The notes beneath the pieces are model-generated. The model worked only from the letters and a program-made list of their open reading frames with translations. It ran no database searches and had not been told where the DNA came from. This document shows positions 38,033-50,880 of a stretch of 64,000 nt of DNA, one piece after another; within the stretch, counting starts at the first letter, position 1; each line of letters opens with the position of its first letter. The translations under genes and the position numbers were made by a program. This DNA comes from Neophaeotheca triangularis (taxonomy: Eukaryota), in contig BAAIJX010000004.1 of the NCBI GenBank assembly GCA_054600435.1, positions 496,001 through 560,000 on the forward strand, read 5' to 3'.

Positions 38033-39204
38033 ATGAAGATGTCTCATCTCTCGCTCAGCAACGACGGCGATCCCGCCACTTCGATCGCCAGCTATGACCC
38101 GGAGGGTAAAACGTGGCTCCAGAATGTCACCATCAAGGGCGAAGAGGCCTTCACAATCAAGCAGGTAACACTGCCCTCCCCACCCCTTCGTGCAACGGCA
38201 CTGAGACTCCGAGATAGTGCGTAGTTGAAAGCGGTCCTTTGAAAGGCAAGCGTGTCTTCTATGCCGAAAAAGTCACCAGCAAAAACCAATTCGACTTCAT
38301 GGGTCTCCCCGGAGAGCTTCGGAACATGGTCTACTCCCGCATGTTTGGCGAGTCTAAGCCAGTCAGGTCGAGGCAAGTCAAACAGAAAATCAGCGATCGG
38401 CAGTTCGTCACAAAGTTCTCCTTCCGCAGGGGTGACAATCCGGGTCGCGTGAGTACAGAGGGCTGGCTTAAGGCGACTCGCAGCGTCATCGATACTCCCG
38501 GCATTCTCTACGTCTGCAGGCAAGTCAACATCGAGGTCTCGACTATGTTGTACGGTGATACCCCGTTCATCTTTGCTACTACGTCAGTCCTCGCCGCGTT
38601 CGCGAAGAGTGCCGGCAGTATGATCCAGTACCTCCGCATTGTCAAGTTCGATACCGGCTTCCTCAAAAAGGTCAGCAAAGATGCGGCCCGTTACACGCTC
38701 ACGAGAGCCAGTGGGCTTAGGCAGCTGGTGTTCAAACACAAAGACCTCTCCTTCGGTGTCAGGGAGATCGGAGATGACGAGGGAGCGGCCGTGAACGAGT
38801 TCTGCGTTGATATTGTGTGCCTCTTCTACACCGTCTTCATGAGACTTCACAATATTCGCAAGAATACACTGGCCGGTTCCGATGTCTTGAACATTGTGCG
38901 CGTCGAGTACGACGACCCGGGACGTTCTCAAGGGACGCCAATCGCCAAGGACGTGGCAGAGGTGCACTGCAGAAGCCTGCGAGCCCTCGTCAACAAGCAT
39001 ATCGCAGACTTGCTGGAGTTGCCGTCCAACAGATGCCTTGTCAGTGGGGTTGGAATCTGCGGCCCTGGTACACACTTTTACAGCACGCAGCCCCACGAGA
39101 AGATCCAACTCTTGCTCGACATTATGCAGCCGGATAGCAACTATGAGAGCGAGGTTGGCAGCTCGAACGTGAGCTTGGATGGAAGCGACTCGGATGATGT
39201 TTAG
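38033..39204 (+). CDS. F-box-like motif protein, tandem paralog 4 (~372 aa); intron 38165-38217
   Basis: FDFMGLPGELRNMVY, ILYVCRQVNIEVSTMLYGDTPFIF, shared GSDVL and GVGIC motifs with paralog 3. Confidence 0.83.
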
Positions 39205-39829
39205 ATGATTCGGTCAGAGGCGCATTGACTCAATTCGTCTCCGCCACAGAAATTGCAAAGAAATCCTCATGACCGTCCATGGCGAGGAATGGGCCGTTGA
39301 GAATGACCAAAGTTCAGCTGCTCTCGGTCCGGGTCTAGCTTTCGGGGCCTTTTGTTTCTCAAACTCGCGGTGGTGAGGGATCCGGCACCGGCGAATCTGC
39401 CGTACTAGGTCATCAAGCGCAGAGGGCATGTTGACGGCACCCGGTCTTGACCCTCCGGCGTTCGTCGAGGATGCCCGAAGTGATTAGAGGGGCTCGGTAC
39501 GCTGGCTATGGAAATCTTCGAGGCACTCAGGGATGAACAAGGACCAGTAGAGACCTGATGTCAGTTGGCTCTATGTTGGGTTTCTTTGCAATCGAGGAAC
39601 GGGATGTTTCTTTGCTATCACCTCATTTTTACCACATCTCTTGAAGGGGTGAAAATTTTCTTGAGAAGATCAATGGCCGTCATGTGGGTTGGGCCATGAT
39701 GTTATTACCTGGTGCCTATGGACTGTTTGCCACATGCGCCTTCAACTAGAGCTTCCAGTATGCAATGCATCACAAGCGGATGACCAACGAACGTTGGCAA
39801 GATCTTGCCAGTATACGGCGAGGTAATGA

Positions 39830-39890
39830 AAGGTAAAGTGAAGTAAAAGTGAAGCTTGAAGTGAGGTGAGGTGAGGGGAGGTGAGGCTGA
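39830..39890 (+). repeat. Degenerate pentamer repeat (GTRAA/GTGAG) upstream of ERG5
   Basis: gtaaagtgaagtaaaagtgaagcttgaagtgaggtgaggtgaggggaggtgagg. Confidence 0.55.
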
Positions 39891-40277
39891 AAAGCGGCGG
39901 AGTTATGCCGGGGTTATCGGGGTCTCGGGTTGCTCGGGACCTGCATTATCGCCGCCGAGACGGGACGAGCCAGCGACAAGCGCCGATTGGTGGTCATTGC
40001 ATGCGGTTCTGAGAAATCATGCCACTTCCATTGGGGCAACAATCTCTCGCAGCTGCTGTAGACGTGAGGCGTGGATTTTCCCTTTTACCAACTATTCTTT
40101 CTCTCCCTACATCATCCACGCCCAGGGGTTGAACACTGAACTCGACCTGGTACCGACGACGACAACGGGCAACACTCTCGACACTACCTTCGGAGAAGGC
40201 GCAAGAGAGTAAACAAACGCTCGGCCAAACAAAGCCGCCACATTCGCTTGGAAGATTCCCCCCAACAACTCGTCACG

Positions 40278-42001
40278 ATGGCTTCGGTCATGGAGGCCTT
40301 CAACGCCTCTTCTACTCCTTTTGCCTCGACGGTAGAGGCCACTATCGCCTCCGCGCAATCCGGAATCATGAGCAAGATCATTGAGGGTGCTAATGGGTGG
40401 AGCATTCTCTTCACGCTGTTGGCCATAGCAGTGGTGTACGATCAGAGTACGTCGCGAAAGACAGACCAAGTAGACGAATGTCGCCAGCGAACTAACTTGC
40501 CTCCTAGTCTCCTACCGCATCCAAAAGGGCGTCCTCGTGGGCCCCGCCTGGAAAACACCCTTCATCGGCCCCTTTCTCGATTCCGTCCGCCCTACCTTCG
40601 AAAAATACCACTCCAAATGGGTCTCCGGCGATCTGTCCTGCGTCAGCGTCTTCCACAAGTTCGTCATCATCGCCTCGACCCGCGACGTGGCTCGCAAAGT
40701 GCTCAACAGCCCGGCCTACGTCAAGCCATGCATTGTCGACGTAGCCGAAAAGTTGCTCCGACCAGAGAACTTTGTCTTTTTGCACGGCAAGGCGCACGTC
40801 GAGTACCGCAAGGGTTTGAACGGGTTGTTCACGAGGCAGGGGCTGGAGACATACCTACCAGGGCAGCAAGAGATCTACAGGGAATACTTGGATGAGTTTG
40901 TCAAGGATACCCAGGAGGCAGGCGAGCACAAACCGTACGTCTACCCTCTAAGGGAATTGATGTGCGCGGTGTCTTGCCGTACTTTTGTTGGTCACTACCT
41001 CTCGCACGCCCAGGTCAAGAAGATTGCGGATGATTACTACATGATCACTGCGGCTATGGAGCTGGTCAACTTCCCAATCATCCTCCCATATACAAAGGCT
41101 TGGTACGGCAAGAAGGCTTCTGACGTTGTCCTCGAACTTTTCGCGTCCTGCTCAGCCAAGGCGAAGGTTAGGATGAGGCAAAAGGGCGCAAAGCCCGAAT
41201 GCCTGGTCGACAGATGGATTCAGCAAATGATGGAGTCTGACCGGTACCGCGCGCGCATCGCAAAGGGCGAGAAGGTGCCCGAAGAGGAGAAGCCCGTCAA
41301 CTTGATCCGCGATTTCAGCGACTTTGAGATTTCCATGACTCTGTTTTCTTTCCTCTTCGCCTCCCAAGACGCCACCTCTTCCGCATGCAGCTGGCTCACG
41401 CAACTGCTTGCCGATCGCCCTGAGATGCTTGCCCAAGTTCGCGAAGAAGCCGACCGCGTCCGACCCAACCGCAAATCCGACGTTACACTTGCCCAGCTCG
41501 AACAGATGGAGTACACTCGTGCTTGCGTCAAGGAAACACTCCGCTACCGTCCTCCCGTGCTCATGATTCCTTACGAGGTCAAGCAGCCCTTCCCCGTCAC
41601 AGACACCTACACTGCTCGCCCGGGCTCCATGATCATTCCTTCCTTCTATCTCAGCTTGCACGACCCGGAAGTCTACAACCAGCCTGACGTCTACGACCCC
41701 GACAGGTGGATACACGGTGATGCCGAGTCGCAGACGAAGAACTGGCTTGTGTTTGGCGCTGGACCGCATTACTGTATTGGGCAGCAGTACGCTGTGCTCA
41801 ACTTGATGCTGTTATTGCACATTCTCGCCAGCGAGTACGAATTTCACCACAAGGTGACCGACACGAGTGAGGACATTAGGGTTTTTGCTACGATCTTTCC
41901 CATGGTGAGTTCTCACTCTCTAGCGATATAAGTATGTTGGATGCAGGCTAACACCACTAAAGGACAATCTCCTTCTTACCTTCAAAAAGCGCAGCAATTG
42001 A
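40278..42001 (+). CDS. ERG5: Cytochrome P450 CYP61, sterol C-22 desaturase; introns 40447-40507 and 41905-41962
   Basis: CVSVFHKFVIIAS, FLFASQDATSSA, ETLRYRPPV, heme motif FGAGPHYCIG, VFATIFPM|D. Confidence 0.95.
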
Positions 42002-42164
42002 TCGAAGCAACGAGGTTGTTATCTTTCTGCATAGCGTTTTCCGCATGTACATACCTCCTAGCGCGGCGTCGTTTTTCATATATGGAAGCCCTAATTTGGC
42101 TGCCGCTTTCATAGACCTTCCTAATGCTTCAAAAGTTCATGCATCCTTTGCTTCTTTCCGAGTA

Positions 42165-43538
42165 CTACAGACCGTTCTTCCATCCTCCCTCCTCACCCCA
42201 CACCTTGGCTACCTCCTTCGCGACCGCCAAAACCGATTCGTCCCTGTACCTCGCCCCGACGAGGCTCAGCCCGATGGGCATCCCGTTGGCTCCCTTGAAC
42301 CCCGGCACATTGACCACCGGGACATGGAGCGCTGTCCACAGACTATTGAAAACGGCTGATCCTGTAATCTCCAGGCCCTCCGGCGCCTCATCAGGTACAC
42401 TCGGCGCAATCACCGCCGTGAACTCCTCGGCCAGCTTGTCGAACTTCGGCCTCAACGCTGCGACACCATCACAAGCCCTGGTATAATCCGCCCTCGAATA
42501 CCCCCACTTCTCCTCGACATGGTCGATCAAAAAAGGATTCAACGACTTCCTCGTCTCAGGGTCCGAATACTCCGCCCGAAACGCCACGCGTCCATCGCAG
42601 AATAAGATCCTCTTATGCCACTCAGGCAACTCCTGAAACCCCTCCCCAAGCTCCAACTCCACGACCTCCGCACCCCTCGCCCTCAACAACTCAACCCCCC
42701 TCTCCAAAGCCGCAACCGTCCCCGGTCCTGCCTGCTCCCAAACCATAGTCCTACAAACGGCGAACCTCGCGCCCTTAACCCCCTCTCCCGCTAGAACCCC
42801 CCTGACCCTCGCCAGCGCTGGCACATCATCCTTTACACCAAGCACCTTGCACAACAGTTCCAGGTCCTCCACGCATCTCGCATACAACCCCAGCGTGTCG
42901 AGCAGCAAACTATAAACCTTCTGCCCCTCCCGCGTAATCGCGTTCCAAGTCGGCTTGAAAGCAAAAACCCCATTGAAACTCCCCGGCCGAATGGTGCTGC
43001 CGCCAGTCTGCGTGCCCAGGGCGAGCGGGGCTTGGAAATCTGCCACCACAGCGCCGGAGCCCGACGAGCTGCCCCCCGGCGTGCGTGTCTGACCGAGCGA
43101 CAGGGCGTGTGGGTTTGCGGTTTGTTGGCTCGGTCCCTCCGTCACGGCCGCGAACTCGGTGGTGCTGGTTTTTCCGAGCACGAGGGCGCCGGCGTTGCGC
43201 AGGATTTGCACGCTCCCGGCGTCCACGGCGGGTTGCGAGTTTGCGTAGAGCGCGCTCCCGTGGCTGGTGGGTTGGTCGAAAGTGTAGAGGACGTCTTTGA
43301 CGGCTATGGGGATGCCGTGGAGGGGCCCGCGTTGAGCTGGGGGTAGGGCGTCGAGGGCGCGGGCTTGGGCTAGGACGGTTTCTGGGGAGAGGTGAGCCCA
43401 GGCTTTGGTTTGGGGGTTGCGGTGGGCGATGTGGGTTAGGAGGTTTTGGGCGTAGGCTGTGGCTGTGAGGGTGCCGGCTGTCAGGGCGGCGTGGGCGGCG
43501 GTGGCGGTCAGGCGGTGGGGTAGGGTTTGGGGATCCAT
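42165..43538 (-). CDS. Amidase signature family enzyme, 457 aa, intronless
   Basis: LHGIPIAVKD (catalytic K), PGGSSSGS, LGTQTGGSTIRPGSFNGVFAFKPT, GMPIGLSLVG. Confidence 0.92.
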   Translation of the reverse strand: MDPQTLPHRLTATAAHAALTAGTLTATAYAQNLLTHIAHRNPQTKAWAHLSPETVLAQARALDALPPAQRGPLHGIPIAVKDVLYTFDQPTSHGSALYANSQPAVDAGSVQILRNAGALVLGKTSTTEFAAVTEGPSQQTANPHALSLGQTRTPGGSSSGSGAVVADFQAPLALGTQTGGSTIRPGSFNGVFAFKPTWNAITREGQKVYSLLLDTLGLYARCVEDLELLCKVLGVKDDVPALARVRGVLAGEGVKGARFAVCRTMVWEQAGPGTVAALERGVELLRARGAEVVELELGEGFQELPEWHKRILFCDGRVAFRAEYSDPETRKSLNPFLIDHVEEKWGYSRADYTRACDGVAALRPKFDKLAEEFTAVIAPSVPDEAPEGLEITGSAVFNSLWTALHVPVVNVPGFKGANGMPIGLSLVGARYRDESVLAVAKEVAKVWGEEGGWKNGL

Positions 43539-44593
43539 GGTTGTTTGCTGGTTAAAGTGGAAGTTTTGAACTGGCTTGGCTTAGTTTTCTGGGGGTTTAC
43601 GGACAGATTCGACGCCTCCTTCTAGTGTCTAAGCCTTCATATGAGCAAGAAGCTCAACTCGATGAATATATAATATAAACTACGTGGTGCGACATGAATC
43701 ACGGCATGAGCTCACGCAGGTACAGCTTTACGTGCTCGCGGCGGGACTGCCGGAATCCCATCGGCAAAAGAGTGCCGTACCAGTTTCGATTGATAGGGAA
43801 GTCCAAGAGGCAAGCCGTCGGCGAGTAGCCGTGCAGCTGACTACCTAGTGTTGTTTGAGGTATTATTGTGGAAAGGTGAAAGATAAGCTGCAAGCGATGC
43901 GTGCGATGTCGGAGCTGAGTGATCGAGCTGGTGGGGGGAATGGAATGTGCATACAATATGTGCTTTTGATCGACCCGGACCTCTTAGGTTCGACGCGAGG
44001 ATGTTATCACAAGGGACTTCGTATGATGGTACTGTACCCAGAGCAAGGCACGTCGAGTATCTGACTACGTTGCGCTGTGTAGGATAGAACCCTGCTCCAG
44101 GTGTCCCGTCGTGGCTGTCGGTTCAGAACATTGCCCCCTAGGCCGCTGCCGTGGAGTTGTTACAACGCAGTTAGGCTAGCGCTGCGCAAGTGTAGGAGCT
44201 CCAAGTGTAACATTCCGAGCCAGCATGATGGCTTTGGCAGTCAGAGGTGGCGTCGCGTATGACATGGAAGTCCGAATCGCAACCGCTCAGAAGGTCCCGG
44301 GCAAGATTCTCAGCTGTGGGATAGGGAGGACGAGACACGAAGGGGTAGACAGCTTGAGTCTGAGAAACGAATTGACCTCCCCAGCTATAGGTATTTAGGT
44401 ACAACCTTCGCCGAGAAGCTTGACTTCTCGAATCAATCCCACCCGGGCAGGTTTCTTCGCAACTAGTACCCAAACGTTGAGAAAGTGGCGAAACGTAAAG
44501 CTAGAATGTAGCGAGAAATAGAACAGTCTGTGTTCGAAGTCAATAGAATAAGATTATCTATTGCAAATTAGCGGTTCTATATACACGTGTCGA

Positions 44594-46478
44594 TCAAACC
44601 TCCTGAGACTTCTCTTCTTTACCCTTGGCGGAATCAGGGGCAACCATGACCTCCTCAAGCTCCACGCTACTGTTCCCCGAAACAATCACACTCTCTTTCT
44701 CCCCATCAAAGAAGCCATCTCTTCCATATGGCGTAGCAAGACCTTCCCACGTCACAGGCAGAGCTTCAAATCCACTTGGGAAGACTTTCGGATGCCAGAA
44801 GATATTCGCCACGGCATAGACGGTCGCGGCAGTGAGGAATGTGAGGATCCAGCCCATGGTGTACATGTACTGCGCGTCTTGACTGACGTTCTGGAACTCG
44901 CCAACGAGACCCGGAAGCCCCATTGAGACACCGCAGAGCCAGGAGAGGGCGCCGACCCAGTTGACGCCGCCCCAGAAGCGATACAAGCCGGTCTTTGATC
45001 CGTCGTAGAGCGAGGGTACATGCAGGTTCCCACGGAGGGAGAGGGCGTAGTGGGTTATTATGATCTAAGATGGGTCGTGGTTAGCAGTGGATGGTAGGAC
45101 GGACAGTGTCCGGCGAGACTTACAGCGCAAAGAGGAGCCATGAAGATGTTGTAAGAGCCTAAGAAGCTCAAAAACTCTTCGGCGTTGGCCAACAGTTCCC
45201 AAGGAACCAGCGCTACGCCCAAGATTGCACACAGCACCTGTCCCCGGCGGATTGTGAAGAATTTTGGCGCGAGACCAGCACAGTCTGAGCCGAAGGGGAT
45301 GGAGTTAGTTCCGAAGTTTGTAGCAAAGCAAGCCAGAATGAAAGCTAGGGCAACCAGAAAGATACCAGTACGCCCGGCAGGAGTCCAGTGATGATCCAGT
45401 ATTGCATCCAGCAGATCCCAAATGTTCCAATAAGCTTCTCCCCATTCTCCCTGCATTGACACCGTACATGCCATACCGAGGAAGAAAACGAGAATCTTCG
45501 CAAAGAAGACGGCTGCACCTTGCACCCATCCGGCATCTCGCGGTCGCTGGCAATACCTCGCTAAATCGGGTTGGTTGACTAGCATGGGAGACAAGGTCCC
45601 CATGATGACATTGATGCCACTCATGATGGAGAATCCGAGCGGCATGGCCGCAGATGCTGGTTCGGCCGCTTCATTTGTGTTGTCGATGGTTTGCAGTCCA
45701 GTGCCGTTGGCCATGCACCAACCAAAGAGTCCAAACACTGTGACTGGCATAATAAATCCCTTGACCGTGAACAAGTGGTGGATCTTGGTCGGATGTACAA
45801 ACATGAATGGCAGTTCCAGAAGCCAAATCATGAAGAAACACAGCAGCTGTCCACTGGTCACATTGGCACTCGCTGGCAAAGAGTTTGGAAAGTTTTCCCA
45901 ATTGTGACCAAAGACGCAGCGGAGGCATACGCTCATGAGGTTTGCTGCGTAAAAGGTCTGGATCCCGTACCACACGATGCAGATGACCGCTCGAATGAAG
46001 ATGAAAAAGAAGCTCCCATACATTCCCATGACCCCGCGGGTCAAGACTGCGTAGGCGATGTGGTACATGACGCCTGGACGAGCCATGGCCACTACCACGA
46101 AAGCCGCGAGTAAAGATCCGAGGACACAGGAGATAAACGCTTGCTGCCATGTCTATAGACCCTGTTAGCAACCAAATCGACCGTGATATCGTTCTTGAAC
46201 GTTCTCACCAAACCAACAGCGATCAGTGCAGAGGCAACATTCCACCCGGTCGTCGAAAACATGTTTGAGAACCAGAACATTGGCAAGCTGATCCAGGTCC
46301 ATGTCCTTCCCTCTGGTCCGGTTGGCTCGAGGTCCTTATTCGACCAGGTTGAATTGCCAACCATAGGCCGCCCGCCTTCGGGCTCTTGTGGAGTTCGAAG
46401 AAAATCGACAAAGGCACTTCTCGATTGGAAAGGGGCTTTCAAAGCCGCCGTATCCGGCATCCTGCCAAAGCGTGCCAT
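44594..46478 (-). CDS. NCS1 family nucleobase/allantoin/uracil permease (Fur/Dal4-like); 2 introns (~46153-46207, ~45063-45124)
   Basis: WSNKDLEPT...RTWTW, RAVICIVWYGIQ, NQPDLARY, PWELL, FLSFLGSYNIFMAPL, YRFWGGVNW; about 12 hydrophobic segments. Confidence 0.92.
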
Positions 46479-47334
46479 CGTATCGTGCACGGAAAGCGAT
46501 ACCCGTGAATGCTGTGGTTTGCAAAATAGAGAACTGAGTCCAATTTGAAAGGTTATTGCCTACCTGAGAACATTCATGATACTGCAATGCCTTCCATTGT
46601 ATATGGTTCATTGGTGCGATATCGTCCCCTCTACAGAGACGCTTCCCACGTAGGGGTCTGTAGTCGGCTGCTTTCAGCCCGATGGCTTAACACATCTTGC
46701 CGACTACTTCACCTGCGCCCAGCATCTTCGTTAGTGCGCTCAGTTTACTAGCTAACAGAGAAGGCAGACCAAGTCGCCGTGTTGATAAGGCAAATAATCT
46801 TCGGTCTAGATACGGTAAAACTTCGAGATTCGGGACCCAGAAGAGCGAGATGGCTCGCCCAGATAACGAAGTTGGCCGCATCTTGACGATTGGCTGCTAA
46901 TGCGCGATAGCTGTACGAGACGAAGCTGGTTTCTGGAGTATTACTCTGGAGTCTGGGTGCTGTTGTTGATCAGGAAAGATGGTCAGTAATCCAAGAGGGC
47001 GAAGTGTCTTCTGTCGGAGGTCCGCCACGCCAAGTGGCCACCCCCTATCTCCCAGATTGGCTTATCACTTGGCGTATCTTTCTTATGCAACGTCAGGGAA
47101 TCTTCGACCGGCGCAAGCAGGAGATCTGGAGAGCCTCCAAGAAACATCTCGGATCGAGCTACTACAATCGGAGATAGCTCGTGGGTTATCAATCATGAAG
47201 TCGTGTTTGGAGATCCCGAATATCGGCGGAGAGCTTGCCGTAGACCTCAAGGGCGGCAAAGCTGAACCCGACCGACACCAAGTCGAGCTCACTGTACTAG
47301 GCACTCAAGGCGTCAAAGAAGGATAAACGGTGAA

Positions 47335-49664
47335 ATGAGTGTCTCACGGCCCAGTCTGGGGCCAGAAGAGCCCGATGTGTCCACAGAGGGAGGTGCTGCA
47401 AAAGCTCGGGTCGCATTGGCTTGCCAACGCTGCAAGCGAAGAAAGCAGAGGGTATTATCATCGCAACCATGGCACTGCATTTGATCCGAGAAGGAGGCTA
47501 ACACCGTGCGAACACAGTGTGATGGTGTCAGCCCGTCTTGCAAGTCCTGTCTCAAGGCAAAGGCCATTTGTACCTATGAAGTGCCTATGCGCGTTCGATA
47601 TCCTGGTGGCAAGTCCCGGTAAGATGTCAGCTGGTCTTGTTCGACCAGAAACGAAGGTCTGACTGTGTGCAAAGCTATATCAGTGCGCTCGAAGATCGCA
47701 TCGCCATGCTTGAAGCGTCCATGCCGGAATACAGCGAGGATCACCTAGTAGCCAAGACAAGTTCCCCTGTCCAGCAGTCTGAGAAATCTAGTGGAGGCGA
47801 GGCGTCGAGGCTTTCCAACACTATCAACCATAATAGTCAGAGAGATGAGCAAGGAACCTCGACGGTTGTCGACGGCGTGGCCTTCTTGTCGCTTTCGGCA
47901 TCTGGAGCGACCGATGTGGCCTCTGAACCACACTATCTTGGCTCCAGTTCTGGTGTGACAATAGCAAGACTACTTCAGGCCTCCATCTTCGATGACTCGT
48001 TGGGTAATGAGCAGCGTAGATTTTATGGTTCCCAAGCATCATCACCTGATGCGGATGAAAGATCACCACTCAATGTTCGCAAAGCCTCCTGTGCATTGCC
48101 GGAAATCAACATTGCCTCGAAGCTCCTAAAAACCTTTTTTGAGAAATTGCATACTCGCTGGCCGCTGCTGGATCGAAGACTGTATGAAGATCTGTTCCAA
48201 CAGCACTGGCAAAATGCGACTTCTCTTACGTCCATGCAAAGAAGCATGTTCCACCTTGTGTTTGCGATTTCAGCCAGATTCCACCAGCTCACTCGGCAAT
48301 CTTGTGAGGTTGATCCAGATGTGAGTTCGTTTACACCATGCCCGTCAGCAGCGCGAACAGCTAATCCATGAGTCCAGATGCATTTTGAGACTGCTGTCTC
48401 GGGAATGGATGACATTGTACAGCAACACAGTCTTCTCACAGTCCAATTCATTAGTCTCCTCGCTATCCATGGCCAGCGGTCTCCTTTCGGCGCTGGATCC
48501 TGGTCTCAAGTTCGCCATGCTTTTACCCTTGCCATAGATCTTGGTCTTCACCGTAAAGAAGCAGTAGGGATGGATAGCTGCGCGAACCGTGAATTTGAGC
48601 TGCGACGTCGTGTTTTCTGGTGCTGCTATTGTTTGGATCGCGAGACTAGCATAACACTCGGACGAAGTTTTGCCATTAGTGATCGCGACATCAATGCCGA
48701 AATGCCTTCTCAACATCCCGACACCTACGATCTGACCGAATCGGCTTCGCCCAAATCTTGCGAACCCGTCTGGACGAACATATTGCCCTTCATACACATC
48801 GCAAAACTCTGCAGAATCCAATCGAAAATTCACAGACTTGTCTTCCGGGTCGACAAGAACATCCTCGACCTTGAACACAACGAGAAACGCCGTCTAGAGA
48901 CCAAACTAGCAACCATAGGTCGTGAGCTAGACGCTTGGGTTGCTACAGTTCCCAAGTCCCCAAGAAGCGGGGCGAGAACTCATTGGCTGTATGATAGCGA
49001 AGCCAGCTACAACGACTGCAGCGACTACTTCAATCTGCAATACCACAAGACACTCCTCATGCTATTCACCGCGTTACTTCCGGGCTTTCAACAAGGCGAC
49101 TCCCGCATCAAAGCCGGCGCCAAGTCCGCCGTCGCCATCTGCATGGCGTACAAAAGACTCCACCAGCAGAAGATCTTGACGTACACGACCATCGCCCTTC
49201 ACTCCTGCTTCGTGGCAGGGCTAACGTTGATCTACTGCCTCTGGCGCGACAAGACGCTCTTCGACTACGGCTCTCTCGAGGCTACGCACGCTTGCACGCA
49301 AGCCCTAACAATCTTCGCCGAAAAGTGGCCAGGAGCGGCCAAGTATCGAGATGTCTACGACGGATTGTCCGGGCGGGTTCTCAGAGATCTGATCGGTGAG
49401 CAACAGAGGCAGAGCGGTTTGCAGCAGCCGGCTCCTCCCTCTAATTCCGCCGCTGTCGAGAGACAGACTCTGGACGAGGTGCATCAGGATGCTCCTGGCG
49501 GCTGGCAAGTTGGTGCGATGTTTGATGAGCTGGTGGGAACAGCTTTTTGCGGTGACTTCTCTGGAAACGAGCCGATGGCGGGATCCTATGTTGATTCTTC
49601 TATGGCGCTATCAGGTTTTCCCGAGAATATTGGGGAGCCGGAGTTCAATTTCATGCCATACTAG
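47335..49664 (+). CDS. Zn(II)2Cys6 transcription factor with fungal-specific middle homology region (Ppr1/UaY-like); introns 47452-47517, 47619-47674, 48321-48377
   Basis: Spliced ACQRCKRRKQR|CDGVSPSCKSCLKAKAIC, YISALEDRIAMLE coiled coil, YLGSSSG, DLGLHR, RRRVFWCCYCLDR. Confidence 0.92.
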
Positions 49665-50880
49665 CTTTTATATAGTCGAGGAAACGGCAAATAGATGGGC
49701 TGTCTGGGCCTCTGAGCAAGTAAGTCACTTTTACGTTGCATTGGAATACTTTTGCTATATCTACTCTCGGTAGGTGTTCAAAGTGAGTCTTCCATGCCTC
49801 ACTGAAAGGTCTCTCACTTCAAGTTTCCTTATGTGGTTCGCTTCGGTTCATTGTACCGCTCTCTCGTAGAGCCTACTCCTTCCTACCTAGCTTAGCATTT
49901 GAATAGTGTGTAAGACTGTCTCTGATTTGTTGATACGACTTATAGAGCTTTGAAGGCTTCAAACACCCTACCTACAATCTCAACTATCTTCTTAACAACA
50001 ACAGTGTTATTACTATGTGCAGTAACGACAAGCCACCGGGACGGAACTTTTGAATCCAGACGGCGCTACTTAGTTGGCTCCTCGAGACACCTTGCGCTGC
50101 TCAAAACCTTGTGGAGGTCAGGTGAGCAAATGCTGATAAGTGCCTCAACTCGCTAATATTAACCGCGAGTGATTTTCGAGCTAAGATGGTCGCTTCCCGG
50201 CGCATTTCTCAGCTAACAGCAATCCGCAGTAGTAGAGGATTCAACGGCAACATTCCAGACCTGCCTCCTAAATCTAAAAAGTTTCAGGGAAATCAGCTTC
50301 CCTAAGCCGCCGGGGGAGACAGCTAAGCTTTCTCTCACATCTAGGTGTTAGCACCCTAGCAGATTCTACGAACCGACATACACGCGCACCTCGAGGCATC
50401 TAGGGTAAAGCTTTCAGATTCTAGCCCCTCAGCCCTGGACCGTGGACAGGGTACAACTGTCACACCTTTGTGCGCCGCCGGGAACGGTATCAACATTAGT
50501 CAAGGCGTCCCAAATTTCTGTCCCTGGTGACTTGGACCGGAGTGTTCGATCTCGCAGCGCTCAGGGACCATGTCGCAATGGAAACGAGACTGGCCCGAGA
50601 GACCTGGCTTGTCGGAGCGATGGGTACTTTTGTGCTGCCGAGAGCGATTTTCGGGTTGCTTTCAAAGTGTGAACGCGGATCAAAAAAGTACCAAGTGGCC
50701 AGGGGGTTCGATGAAGTGTCTTTGCGTACGTGTTCTATATGTCTACAGAGTTCTGCAGTCAATGACGGCGGCCAGCATTATCAGAAGACGCCTAAAAGTC
50801 GAGACCAAGGGCCTAGAAGTCTTCGATGCCCTGGATCGCAACAAGATGCATTTGCACGGCTATCTAGGCGCATCCCGCCA

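Noticed and set aside
40278..42001. ERG5 as a member of the adjacent catabolic cluster or a secondary-metabolite cluster
   Set aside because: It is a housekeeping-type sterol P450, convergent with the amidase; no PKS, NRPS or terpene synthase is in the window.
49950..50700. Short ORFs with a hydrophobic stretch and a few Cys, suggesting a secreted-protein relic
   Set aside because: No ATG start, no coherent exon chain and no recognisable homology.
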